Assembly: GCF_044704955.1 (NCBI RefSeq)
Contig: NC_091989.1
Span: 104,718,001 to 104,782,000 of the forward strand
DNA length: 64,000 nucleotides
Reading direction: 5' to 3'
From: Pristiophorus japonicus
Taxonomy: Eukaryota
Below, in pieces: positions 11,816-25,100 of this stretch (positions are counted from its first letter, which is position 1; each line of letters begins with the position of its first letter). The notes under the pieces are model-generated. The model had not been told where the DNA came from. It worked only from the letters and a program-made list of their open reading frames with translations, and did no database searches. A program made the position numbers and the translations under genes.

Positions 11816-13010
11816 CTGTCCATAGGACTGTCCTTATCTAAATCTTTGTCTTATACCCATTCTCAATCTGCATCAACCTCATTCTCTGCTCACAGCATTG
11901 CTGTCCTAAGTCATGTGTTGTATGTCAACCTAGTTTCCACTGCATATAGATAGCTAATTTGGTTCACTCGTCACTGTGAAGGATGTAAGTGAGGAAAGAG
12001 TGGAATGCCTTTCCTATTTTGTGCACCAAGAGCCAAGAAACACAAACAGAAAATACACGCATCCTGGGCCAGGCAAATATTTTTCTGCAGCATGGTTAGA
12101 TGCAGAGAATGTATCTTCTGAATTCCCAATCTCAGAACAGTAGCCCCTCTTGCACACTGGCAACACTTGTATTTCCCACGACAATCATCTTTGTTGTTTC
12201 TCTGAGTAAGACCATCAGTTTCACATAAATTAGTGCCTAATTTTATGATGTAGGGAAAAGCAAAGAAGCAGTTGTTGCCTCAGCTACCCATGTACCTTTC
12301 AGCAGCCTGCTTCAAAGCAGAATTGGCAGAAGACTAGCAACAGGTCCCCTACCCATCCTCTCAACCAAGGACTGGTGCATAGCAGAGACTGTGATGGAGA
12401 GGAAAGAATGTAAACTGGAGGAAACACAAACAGAAAATACACCAAAAAAAACATAAATACCATCACAAGATTATATCACAACAAAAGTAAACACCCACTA
12501 AAAGTAGCATCACTATACCTGCTGCAACGAACAACAACATTCAGTTTATAAAATACTTGAAATTTAATGGCGACCTCCACAAGGAACTTGCGTCTTGCAA
12601 GATGAAGATAGATGATTGTAAAGATGGCCAACTTCAGAGACAAAGGAAATTAAAGAAGGTGTAACTCACAATTGTTAAAAAAATGTTTTTAATTTAAAAA
12701 AAAATCACAATTGTTCAAAAAATATTTCAATAATTATTACATTAGACTGATAAGGCAATTGAGACTTTAACGCCGCCCTCTCCCAGGCCAAATGAGTCTT
12801 TCTTCAAATGAACAAGTGTCTGGCAAAGCCAGTAACAGCCCGTACAAAGTGCAGTAGTATTCTAACTGCCACCATCATATATCAGATTTTGGAAGGCACT
12901 GGTACACATACCACAAAAAGCCTCTCATCAGTAAGACCATGTCATTCAGTATTTTGATGCTTCATCCCACATCAGATGCAAAGGTTTAGTCAGAGAAGGC
13001 AGATGCGCCA

Positions 13011-13172
13011 TCACTCATAATACACAAAGGAAAAGTCCCAGAACCCCCTTCTCTCATGCGTCCTTTTACACTGACTGATACTTCGCTGGTTAATGTGTTT
13101 CACAAACTTCAGTGTTTCTTTATCTCGGTAGATCAAGGCCAATGAGTTGTCTTCTGGGCAAAGGGTAAGTAA
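13011..13172 (-). CDS. OGFOD1: OGFOD1 exon 13 (terminal, TGA at 13011-13013)
   Basis: atttcag|[31 protein letters not shown]...[11 protein letters not shown]. Confidence 0.96.
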   Translation of the reverse strand, partial: LLTLCPEDNSLALIYRDKETLKFVKHINQRSISQCKRTHERRGFWDFSFVYYE

Positions 13173-16100
13173 CTGAAATACAACATAAACCGTTTATTAT
13201 AGTAAGTTAACACTTCATTTCTTCTTTTCCTCCTCTCCTAGACTCCATACTTACACTTTGGGGCCGAAATTGCCCCTTTCCTTAAGGCCTGTTGCCACCA
13301 CAAATCGACGGCCACACTGCGGAGTAGAGTGACCGCCGACTTTTGGTGGAATGGCTGCTGATTGCCCAATTGCCTCCTGAATTTTCCCGGCAGTGCCCCG
13401 ATTTCCCCCCCCCCCCGCCAATCACACCCCCCCACCGCTCCGCTGCTGCCGATCCGCTGTATACGCATCATCACTGCGCGCACCACCGATCTAACTCCCC
13501 GACGGCGTAATTGCCCTCCGAAAATCTTTGGCCCGCTCAGCAGTGCCAAAACAAGCTTTCACCCGATGGTCCAGTGAGGCTGTGGCCTTCTACAGCGGCG
13601 GTGCGGCTTTCCTTAAAGGGGAGCGCCTACTGCCGTTGCCGCCATATTTTTTGTTGTCGGCCGACTACCATGTTGGCCCGACAAATATGCCTCCGGGTTC
13701 AGCCGGGCCACCAACAGGTAGCCTAGCACCCTTTCTTGGGTGCCAGGCCATTGGCCTGGCTGAAATCTTCCCTGGTGGCCCAGTGGCCAGAAGTTTTAAA
13801 AGCACGGAGGCTCTCCCCATTAAATGAAGGGGAGAGCCGGAGTGATGTGGCGCCGTGATGACTTCATCATAGTGGTGACTCTGCTCCGCACCCAACCTCT
13901 GCCCCACAGTTGCTGTCAATGCTGCATTTTTGCCCCTCAGGTGTAGTCACTGCCCCCATTATGACCGACTTCCAGATCAAAACAAAAAAAAAAAAGCGCA
14001 ATTTCAAGAAAGAGTCGACCTGAACCGCAGCTGCATTAAAAACCACCGAAACGGGATGGGAGCAATCTGTACCCCTTTATCATGGGAGGCACATGACCAG
14101 CAAAGTACCAGCACCCAACAAAACAGCAGAGGCCTGGGAATTGGTCATATGCCTCCTATCTTTACCAGGGTGATTTACTATCCACATTTTTCTCCTTCCC
14201 CATACATGGCTGTCAATTACTGCCTCATTAGAATGACATGGTTCCCTTCCCAGTGACTTGGCTAAAACAAGGAGCTCACTGTATGGATAATCACATTCAG
14301 AATCATGCCACGCTACTGCAGGCCACAATTAACCGCACAACTCTTCCACCCCCAAAAAGTTATTGTTCCATTAAAGTTGTAAAACTTTTTATTTCCCCAA
14401 GATCTCCATGCGAATGAACATTCGCCACACGGGACAATGGGTTTGTCCCCAGTGGCCACTGCCAGTGCTGCTCTCTCACTGGCTGTCTTACAGGCCCCAT
14501 CTCAGATGGAGAGAATGTCAGTTTTAACCTCCCCAGATGCAGAATGCCATGGCTGCACACAGGGCTGCTTTTGGAATGCCAGCTGTTATCAGATGAGACT
14601 TATTCAAATGAAACAAGTAAATTATAATGCTGGGCATTTCTGCACATCAAACTCATGAGCTACTGGCTGAAAGGCAAGTGATAGTCCACTTGGGTTACGA
14701 GACTGCTTGAGATTGTTATTTTCCTATCTGTCACAATCTAACACAAGTACAACTAAGGACAAGAAAAGGCCACTTTGCCCGTGAAGCTCATATTTCTGGG
14801 GCTCCAAATCCTCCAGGCTAGCATCCAACTGCAGTTTGAATGTTCCAATGTCTTTATGGCAATTATATGGCAAATTATTCTCAATATTTATTATCTTTTG
14901 AGTGAGTAAGATTTTTTTTTTTAAATACCTGCTTTAAATTATTTCTTACTCATTTAAATTTATGTTGTCTGATCCTACTGCCCTGACTTACCTTGGACTA
15001 ATATTCTGGGTTCCCTTTAGCATTTGATACTTTGTAGATCTTCATTAAGGTCACCACATAACCTTCTTCACATCCCACTCGAGACTTGAAGGTATTCCAA
15101 GCTGACATCAGTGCAGTATTGAGGGAGTGCTGCACTGTCAGAAGAGCCAATCTTTCAGATGAGACATTAACTCCTTCTGTCTTCGCACGTGAACGTAAAA
15201 GATCCCATAGCAGTATTTTGAAGAAGAACAGGAGAGTTCTCCCCAGTGTTTTGACCAACATTTATCCCTCAACCAACATCACTAACTCTTATTATCTGGC
15301 CATTATCTCACTGTTGCTTGTAGGATCTTGCTGTGTACAATATGGCTGCTAAGTTTCCTACATTACAACAGTGACTACCCGTATAAATTACTCCATTGAT
15401 TGTAAGGCGCTTTGGGACATTCTGAGGTCATGAAAGGCACTATACACATGCAAGTTCTTTCTTTTATCACTGAATTGAACTTGAATAAACTCAGAACGTA
15501 CCTCTTCATCTTCCCCTTTAGCGATGTATGAAGTAACACCACCAAATTCTTCGTCCCAGCCTGAAACAAAGAAAAAAACATACTGACTTTCCTAATTAGA
15601 TCCCTTTCTGGTGACTTCTGTTGCCATGTTTTCCTCTTCCCCACAATAGCAGGACAGCCGTTGGATTTTCAACAATGTCATCCCATGATCATTGGGCAGG
15701 ATGGTGGTTTCACCCAGGCAAGCCAGGCTCTTGAGAATTATTCCCACCTCCTTTCAATAGACTGTTCTCCACCGCTATACTGTGGCTCAACTAAGCAAAC
15801 CACCCAGTGAAGGCAATCAATTCAAACCGAACCTTCTTCAGAGCACAGTCCAACCCAACTCTCTCAGGACAGAGAGTTGAACCCGAACATCCTAAGGGCA
15901 GAAGGTCCACCAGCTAAACTACACAGTTGCTAAAATGGAACTTATAGTCTCCATTACAAAATCACCACTGTTCAGGGGTATAGGTATTATAAATAACATT
16001 GTCCAAAGTTTGCTAAATAGGAAGGAGGAAGTTGGAAAAAAAACAACCTTAAAAGCCATTGGAATGGCATTAGCCCAAGGCTGATGATACCATCGAGGGT

Positions 16101-19100
16101 ACTGGCTTGAGGGAATCGTCCAGGCTAACCGTAGTGGTGTGAGACAATTATTAGAGACAGATTATAAACCCTCCAAGGATGATTCGCATCAAGTATGCTT
16201 GCGTTACACAGTTGATCTCAGTAACTACTCTTAGCCAGAACACTTATGTTATCGCTTCCACTGTTAATTAAGCTCACCCATACTGCTGGGTTCTGAGACC
16301 CTTTAAAATCAGTGCTCCTGATAATGTTAGTAATTGCAGTTTAAACAAACATATTTAAAATCACATTGAAATGAACAGACAAAAAAAGGATGTTAATGTT
16401 AAATCATAATTCTGTGCAGCAATTTGATTTTTAAAAGTGGACCCGATAGGAAAACTCTCATTAGTTTGCGTTATCACGAATAACTATTATATTAAAACCA
16501 ATAAACACTATAATAGTATCAATATCATTTATACTCTTAAAGTACTATTACCAGAGAATGATCAAGTTTAAGATTAAGGGTGCCAAGCCTAGATAATAAA
16601 GATATTTTCTGGAGAATCTTAGCTTACAGGAAGAAAGGAATTCACCAAATAGGTTGGGGGGCTAAACACTAACTCACAATGCAATAAATATCTTCATGAG
16701 GTATTTAAACTCATTGGAGACCAAGGGTGCAGTAGCTCCTAATGAAAGTAGTTCCAACAAGTCTAGGGAAGGTAAGGCAACTGTTCACACGGATGATGAA
16801 GGCCATTTGGGCCATCTTTTCATCCATCCAGAGATGTTCAATTTCTCCCATTTCAGCATTCAATTCTTTCTGTAAAGATGCCAGAGTTTTCACCTCCACT
16901 GCTCTATGACATACATTGATCACATGATCTATATGGAGTACAGAGATGAGGGTTCTTGGCTCAGCCCGAGTCTCACAATGTTCACCTAGATATTCAACAA
17001 GCACAGGCACATCTGATTCGTACAGCTTGCAAAGTCTGCATATCATAACAGCCAGTGACATTAAACCCAAGATAAAGATGCAGGTTAAACCAACAAAAAC
17101 AACACGAATTTTCAAGATGGGTATCTGGTACACTGATATATAATAAAATCCACGATAAACATCAGTACCTCAACAGAAATGGAACAGACTATTGTTTACA
17201 CTTTATTAAAATTTGTCTCCAATTTTGCCAATTTTCTTCCTCCTCCCACCACATTTACAAGATCCTTCTTGGGTCACTAGTGATCCCTACTCCAAAAGCA
17301 AGTTACTAATACACATGCTGCATAGTAAAACTAGCAAGATTTACCTTCACACCCACAGCACAACAGCAGGTCCAGAGCAAACTCTGAATTTTCCACATTG
17401 GTATCATGGATAAGCGTGTAGTATCCGTTTCTCCAGTGTCGTAATTCCCCTCGGCAAACAGGAACATCAGGATCTGGGAAGGACAGACGTAATGAAAGCA
17501 CTTTCAGAGTCTTTAAACCATTGTTGTTGAGTACGGTTATTTTTAATTTTAGTATCTTATCTACTTTTTTTTCTCGTTTCCCTGGGACATTCACCAATCC
17601 TTCATCATCGTTGGGTCCAAGTCCTGGAACTCCCTACCTAACAGCACTGTGCGAGTAGCTTCACCACACTGACTGCAGCGGTTCAAGAAGGCGGCTCAGC
17701 ACGACCTTCTCAAAGACAATTAGGGATGGGAAATAAATGCTGGTCTTGCCAGCGATGCCCACATCCCATGAATGAATTTAAGAATCAACACACAGGCGAC
17801 CTGGTCTCAGTCCAGTGTCAGTGCTAATCAGACCTACATAAGTAAACCTACAGCAACATGCTCCAGCTTAGTGGGAAAGCTTCGGGTTTCTTCTCACACT
17901 CTTCAGCTGCATGCTACCCCCTCAGTCATAGCATGTGCAAGCACAAGCTCAGTTCTCACACGTATGCCAACACACACAACTCTGTACCCCCAGCGCTGAC
18001 TCCAGAGATGTTGCCTGTCGTATCAAGTCCTAGAGAAGCTGAAATTTCCTGAAGCTCAATATCAAGACTGATGACACCTTGTGCGGCTCTTGGCAGCATC
18101 TGCATGCCTCCAACTCCATCAATTTCCCTGGCTGCAAATGGAGACTGAACTCAGTGGTGTATAATCTCAGTGTTTTGTGCAATCTTTGTTCAGTTTGTTG
18201 TCAAGACCATCTTCTCCCTCCTCCAGAACATTTATACTACTAAATACTTCTCCATGCCTGCATCTAGTCACGGATTGATTTCTGAAACAATGGGGGCAAT
18301 TTTAACCTAATACTCCCATCGAGAAACTGACGGGATCGGGTGCAACATTGATTTTATATCCTGCCCGATTTTATCTCCTTTGAAGTCAGTGGAGAGTAAT
18401 ATCAGAGATTCCACCTGATCCGGTCAGTTTCCCGACTGGCAGGTTAGGTTAAAGTTTCCCCCAATGTCCTCACCAGCTTCACAAACATCAGCTAATCAAG
18501 ACTATTCTTTATGGTTTAGTACTATACCTGGACATGTCGTTATCCATTTAGGCCACTGTGACAGCTTATCTAATTAAATTAAACCGTCCATTGAAACTCA
18601 CTGTACTGAATTCCACACATGCTGTACACATGCTCACAGCTATCTGTAATCTCATTAGGTGAGATTGTTGAATATTCTTTTTATTTTATTTTGCCCTGTT
18701 GCTGTGTATCCTGCACATTTTATATTATTCTCAGGAGTCTGGGAATAAAAGATTTCCAAACATGAATATTGGCTTCTAAAAGCAGAGCTTCAATATAATT
18801 ATTTTACTAGCCTCATTTCCAAAATGCCTTCAAACCTCCAGTTCTGAACCCAGAAGAGCACTTATTCACCTGCTAGAATTTTAGAGTGTTTTTCAGTAAA
18901 ACTTACTTCTCGGACTCTCTCCTGGCATCTCGTTTTCCGTTGTTCCAACCTTTCCTTCCTCTCTGCTCTCATCGCCTTTGTGATCTGTTGAATCAGATTT
19001 TGTGTCTTTTTCAGTGCTAGAGCATGCGTGTTCATTGCCATCGGAGTCCTCCACTTCATCCTCTTGCTCATCCTCCTCATCATCATCATTATCTGAGGCT

Positions 19101-22100
19101 GCGAGGAAATGCAGTTTTAAGCCAGTAAAATTGGATAGAAGCAGGAACATGGCCTCAGAACAAAACAGCTCCATACATTTGGCAAGAATGTCAGGGAGGC
19201 CATCTTCCTCTGCTTGATCATAGCATCTATAAAACAAAGAGGTAATATCACAGGGCCTGTCACATATCTGAGAAATAAAAGGGCCAGATACCTCAACATT
19301 AACAAGGTTTGTCATTTATTTCAATGGTGCAGTGGTACCTGTCATATCTCAAAAGTCTGCAACATACTTCAACACCAACCGGGCTCTCACATGTCTCTGT
19401 GCTAAAAGGACCAGTCACATACCTCAGCATCAGCAGGATATGTATACTGGGACATAGGATGCAGGCCGAGGCTGGGCCTCCAGTTGAGGTATAGTAAGGA
19501 TGTGCGTAAGGTGGCAGTCAGACCATGAGTGTGGCACACTGTAGCAAGGATAGAGGCAGAATCAGACTCGGAGCAGAAAAGGGAAGGCAAGCTGCAGAGT
19601 CAGATGGGAGCAGGGATGCTAGTGTAAGATCAAACATGGGCACTTTGTTTTCATAGTTATCAATGTGATGGGTCTCTGTTAATCACATAACCGATAATAC
19701 CACATAACTATCACAGACCAAATAGTAAGTCCCAAAGGACTCTAACATGACATGAAGCAGACACGTATTCACACAGAGAATTCACATGTATTCACACGCG
19801 CCCCCACCCCAACCGCTATAAGTGAAAGCTTCAGTTTGCTCCCTATGGAGTCTGGTGAACAAACAAAATGTTTTTGGAGGGAAGCACAGTGTGTTATAGC
19901 AACAACATATAGCATCACAGAGCAAAGGGAGAGATGCTCAATTGTACAATTGTGCAGAGTCCATCATCCACACTGCTGTGGGGAATGCAAAATTAGGACT
20001 GTCAAAGGCAGGCCCATTATACAACTCTAGTAAGAGCAAGCTGCTGACAGGGCCTGTGAGTAGGTTATTAATCCCACCTTCTCAGTATGTGGAAGAAAAA
20101 AAAAAAGATAGAGAAATTAAATAAAGGTTCAACATTTTTGTACGTGTATATTGTAGTGCAATCAAATACATTCTCTTTTCCTAAAATGAGGAAGTGTTGT
20201 GACATTGCTGTTCTCTTCTGTCCAGGTTTGGACCTTGATTTTTAGTCTGATATAGGGTTACAGAAATGCCCTGCTGCATCTCCACTGTAGGTGCTTCTTG
20301 GTAAAGCGCACTCATGGTTCAATGTGCTTTTAATCATTCTGTAGCTTTAATATCCATGAGCGCCAATGTTTTCAGAGTTCTGATCTACCTACCTCTTGTT
20401 GGCAGGTCCTCTTCTCTTCCATTTAATCTCTGGGCTGTGCAAAGCCTCACACACCATCTGAAACTTTTCTTTCTGCACAAGTGGAGGAAAATGTGAGTGT
20501 TATGGTTACACTCTGGGGTGCCAACATGCCAACAGCAATTCCATTTGTACAGTACATTGCTGGTAAAAAAAACATTTACTCCATCTAATACTGCATGGTT
20601 CATGTATTTCTTGGTACACCTGTATGGCTCACATAAATTTCAGTGTCAGCTCCCTCACATGTACAGTACATAAGAAATCGGAGCAGGAGTAGGCCTTACA
20701 GCCCCTCGAGCCTGCTCCGCCAGTTAATACGATCACGGACGATCCGATCATGGACTCAAGCCCACTTCCCTGCCCACTCCCCATAACCCCTTATTCCCTT
20801 ATCGTTTAAGAAACTGTCTATCTCTGTCTTAAATTTATTCAATGACCCAGCTTCCACAGCTCTCTGAGGCAGCGAATTCCACAGATTTATAACCCACAGA
20901 AGAAATTTCTCCTCATCTCAGTTTTAATTGGGCAGCTCCTTAGATTAAGATTATGCCCCCGATTTCTAGTCCCCCCTATCAGTGGAAACATCCTCTTTGC
21001 ATCCACCTTGTCAAGCCCCCTCATAATCTTATACGTTTCGATAAGATCACCTCTCATTCTTCTGAATTCCAATGAGTAGAGGCCCAACCTACTCAACCTT
21101 TCCTCATAAGTCAACCCCCTCATCTCTGAATCAACCTAGTGAACCTTCTCTGAACTGCCTCCAAAGCAAGTATATCCCTCCTTAAATATGGTAACCAAAA
21201 CTATACACAGTATTCCAGGTATGGCCTCACCAATACCCTGTATAACTGTAGCAAGACTGCTTTTATACTCCATCCCTTTTGCAATAAAGGCCAAGATTTC
21301 ATTGGCCATCATGATTACTTGCTGTACCTGCATACTAACCTTGTGTGTTTCATGCACCAGGACCCCCAGGTCCCGCTGTACTGCAGCACTTTGCAATTTT
21401 TCTCCATTTAAATAATAACTTGCTCTTTGATTTTTTTCACCATAAAGTATGTGTCTTGGTGTCAATTCTTCACTATTTACAGTACACACCAGGTAAAAGG
21501 CAATACTATACTCCTAATAAAGCAAAGTTCATTTCTCAAAGTCAAGTTCTGTACATGTATGATGTAAACTGCTGTATGAGAAGCTATAGCAACCTAGACA
21601 CTGAAAGGTTTAATGTGTCTGCACGAGACAGGTACCACACGGCAAGATGGTTATTAGATATCTGTTTCATGCTAAGATCCAACCAGACATTTCCAACCAA
21701 AGCCAATGATACATTTTGGGTTTTTCCCACCACCTTTTTCCTCATGCAAGCATCTCAAAAGTTTCCACAAGCAGAAAACATCTTACAAACTAAAACTAGA
21801 CTCTGCTGCATAGCCCAGGACTAACACTTAACCATGATTATGCTTACTGGAGAACACATAGAATGCCCACTCCATCTCCCGCCAATTTAAAAAGTGGAAG
21901 ATAATCATAATAGTCAATAGCTTAAACTAATACTCAGGTTTATTTACAGTGCTAGCCTTGGCCCAGTCGTAGCACTCTTGCCCGAGTCAGAATGTTGCGA
22001 GACTTGTGGACATAATCTGGGCTGACACTTAACTAGAGTATTGAGGGTGCTTTGCACTGTCGGAGATGCTGTCTTTCAAATGAGACCTTAAATTAAGGCC

Positions 22101-25100
22101 CCGTCTGCCTGCTCAGGTGGGCGCAAAAGATACAATTGCACTATTCAAAGAAGAGCAGAGGAGTTCTCTTGGTGTCCTGGTTAACATTTACCCATTAACC
22201 AACATTACTAAAACAGGTCATCTGGCTATTATCTCATTGTTGTTTGTGGGAGCTTGCTGTGTGCAAATTGGCTGCCACATTTCCCTACATAACAACACTG
22301 AGTACACTTCAAAAGTACTTCACTGGCTGTGAAGTACTCTGGGACATTCTGAGATCATGAGAAGCACTGTGTAAATGCTAGTTCTTTCAAAATAAACTAA
22401 TTCACAGAAACAGAAACACAGGCGAAATAATAACTGGCACATTCAGTAATTTTTATAAATGTATAACAAAGATGACAGTTTAAAGAAGTTTGCAGTTCTT
22501 TGAGCTTGTTAGAAATTTGATACTGTCATAGATACCTTCTCAGGTTCAGTGGCACCAATCGCTCCTGTAAGTGGTTTGAGCATCTTATCTTTAATTGGAG
22601 TTGAATCACACTGCCGATAGCTACTAGTATGGTACCGAGACCCAGGATTGTGACAAAAGAATCCCCTTGCATTCCAGACCAGGTATCGGTGTCTTTTGTA
22701 TTTGTATTTCTTCAATTTCTCTGAAGGATGACTAAGTTAAACTAGGTGAGGCAAAGATTGCTTTGAATTCTTAAACTGCTCTGCAGAATTCAGCAAGGTG
22801 AAATGTATACAGAATAGGTCACTTACTTTAAATCAATACAATTCACTTCACATAATGGTATTAAAAAAATGAACATTATTCTACGTTGGTGGATGGGTCT
22901 TCTTACTTAACCTAAACAGAATAAGCCCTCTGCATTCTGTCCTACAATCCTGGGTGGGACCTTTCTCCCTTCAGTCTCTCATCTATCACAGGCTTTTGCT
23001 GCCTATACAGTCGGTTTCCAAAAACCAAATTAGCTTTCGACGTCCACGTCTCTTTCATTGTAAGCCTGACTCCAGTATCAGTTTTTAGTCAAAAAGTAAG
23101 ACCCCTCCTCTGCCAAGTGCAGATTCTACCATCATGCATGACATCTGTATGATGAACATCACAAAAAAATCAGCAATGAATAATAAAAGACACCTCACAG
23201 TGACATTTCAACAAAGAAATGGATTCACTCCAAGGGCCCTCCCATGGCCAATGTCACTGAACCATTTCCCTGTTCATGCTCTACAAGTATTTTCTAAAGG
23301 GCTCTTGACTTTCAACTGAATTAATCCCCTACCGAGTTCTCACCTTGAAAAAATTCTTTAAAAGTATCTCAGATTTCTCCTCAAACTCCTCCTGGATCTG
23401 GGCTTGAGCTGAAATATCCAGGTAAATTGGATTGATCCAGTCATAAAAAATTTGTTCCTGAAACATATAAAAGGAAACATATTTCATCTGATCGGTGCCA
23501 CTGTAATACTGAGATCATCCTTATCTGTCAACTTCCTGCTCTGTTACATTACAGGTACAATGTCCCGAATCCGGCTGTCCGAAAACCGGAATTGTCCGAA
23601 AACCAGACATTTTTCAGGCGGCCAAGATGGGCGGCAAGGGGCAAGGAGCGCCGGGGGGCCACAAGAATCAGCGGGCAGAGAGGAGCGGTGGGAATCGGCA
23701 GGCGGCAAGGAGCGGCGGGAATCGGCAACCAGTGAGGAGCGGCAGGAGGCGAGCATTGGTGGATGGCGAGAATCAGTGGATCGGCGGGCGGTGAGGAGCA
23801 CCAAAGCGAGGTCAGAAATCTGGCAAAATCCGAAAACCGGCACGGTCTCGGTCCCGAGGTTTACGGATTTCGGAAAAGAAAGTCAATACGTCTGAAATCT
23901 GACAAAATCCGAAAACCGGCATGATCTCTGGCCCAAGGTTGGCGGATTTCAGACATTATACCTGTACTGCGTTGTTGCTGTGCTCTAGTTAGGTGTTCAC
24001 CCTAAGCTCTGGAATACTCCGCCTGGCCTCTCTCTCCTCCTTTAAGACACTTCTTAAAACCTACCTCTTTGACCAATCTTTTTTTGACCTGTCCTACCAT
24101 CCACTTAGCTATCAAATTTATTTGATAACACCCCTCTGAAGCACCTTGGGACATTTTACTATGTTAAAGGCGTTATATAAATGCATGATATTCTTTCTGC
24201 CACTACATCACAGTCTATCCTGGTAATTTCCGGAATTTTTCCACTTAAAAAATATAAACACAGCAAAATGGGAATTTGCCGCTAAAATGTAATTGAATAA
24301 TTAGACTTATCCTGCTACTGAAATAATGATGCAGCGGCTTCTTGTGGTGGAATCTGGGTACTGCACCATGTTGCACTCGGTGTGTTATGGGCAGAGGCCT
24401 GTGAGTAGGCTAATGGCTAGGACACAATAGTTAGAGACCTCTTAGTTGAGGAATGGTGTGTGGCACAGGAATTCCACCCTGTGGATTAGCAAAAGGAGCT
24501 AAAATAAAATAGTAAAACAAATGATTTAATATAGTTTTATGTGGGAGAGGGTCTCCAGTAAATCTTCAAATTATAAATGTAATTCAGAAACCAATAAGCA
24601 CCCTTAAATCTGTATCTGAAACATTTCTACTATGTCAAGATCAGGCTGCATCTCAAACTCAAAAACTGGAATATGTACTATAATTCACCAGAACAATCTG
24701 TGGTTTAGAGGATTAAATTCTGAGGACAGAACAAAAATTTGGCATGTATTACTTTGAGTATAGCAGATTGAGAGGTGATCTAATTGAGATGTTTAAAATG
24801 TTAAATGGATTGGATAGGATTGATACAGAGAAACTATTTCCTCTGATGGGGAAATGAAGAACAAGGGGATATAATCTTAAAATTAGAGCCAGGCCATTCA
24901 AGAGGGAAATCAGGAAGCATTTTTTCACACGAAGGGTAGTACAAATCTGGAACTCTCTCCCCCAAAAGGCTGGGGATGATGGGACAATTGGAACTTTCAA
25001 GACAGAAATCGATAGATTTTTGTTAGGTAAAGATATCAAGGGATTTGGAGCCATGATCTAATCAAATGACAGACCAGGCTCAAGGGCTCAATGGCCTATC

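Noticed and set aside
16711-17133. 140-aa minus-strand ORF with a hydrophobic N-terminus in OGFOD1 intron 11
   Set aside because: Starts at a non-ATG codon, has no recognisable domain, and exons 11 and 12 splice in phase without it.
23452-23895. 147-aa ORF with repetitive charged sequence
   Set aside because: It lies almost entirely within a Tigger-like MITE, and the frame comes from internal GC-rich repeats.
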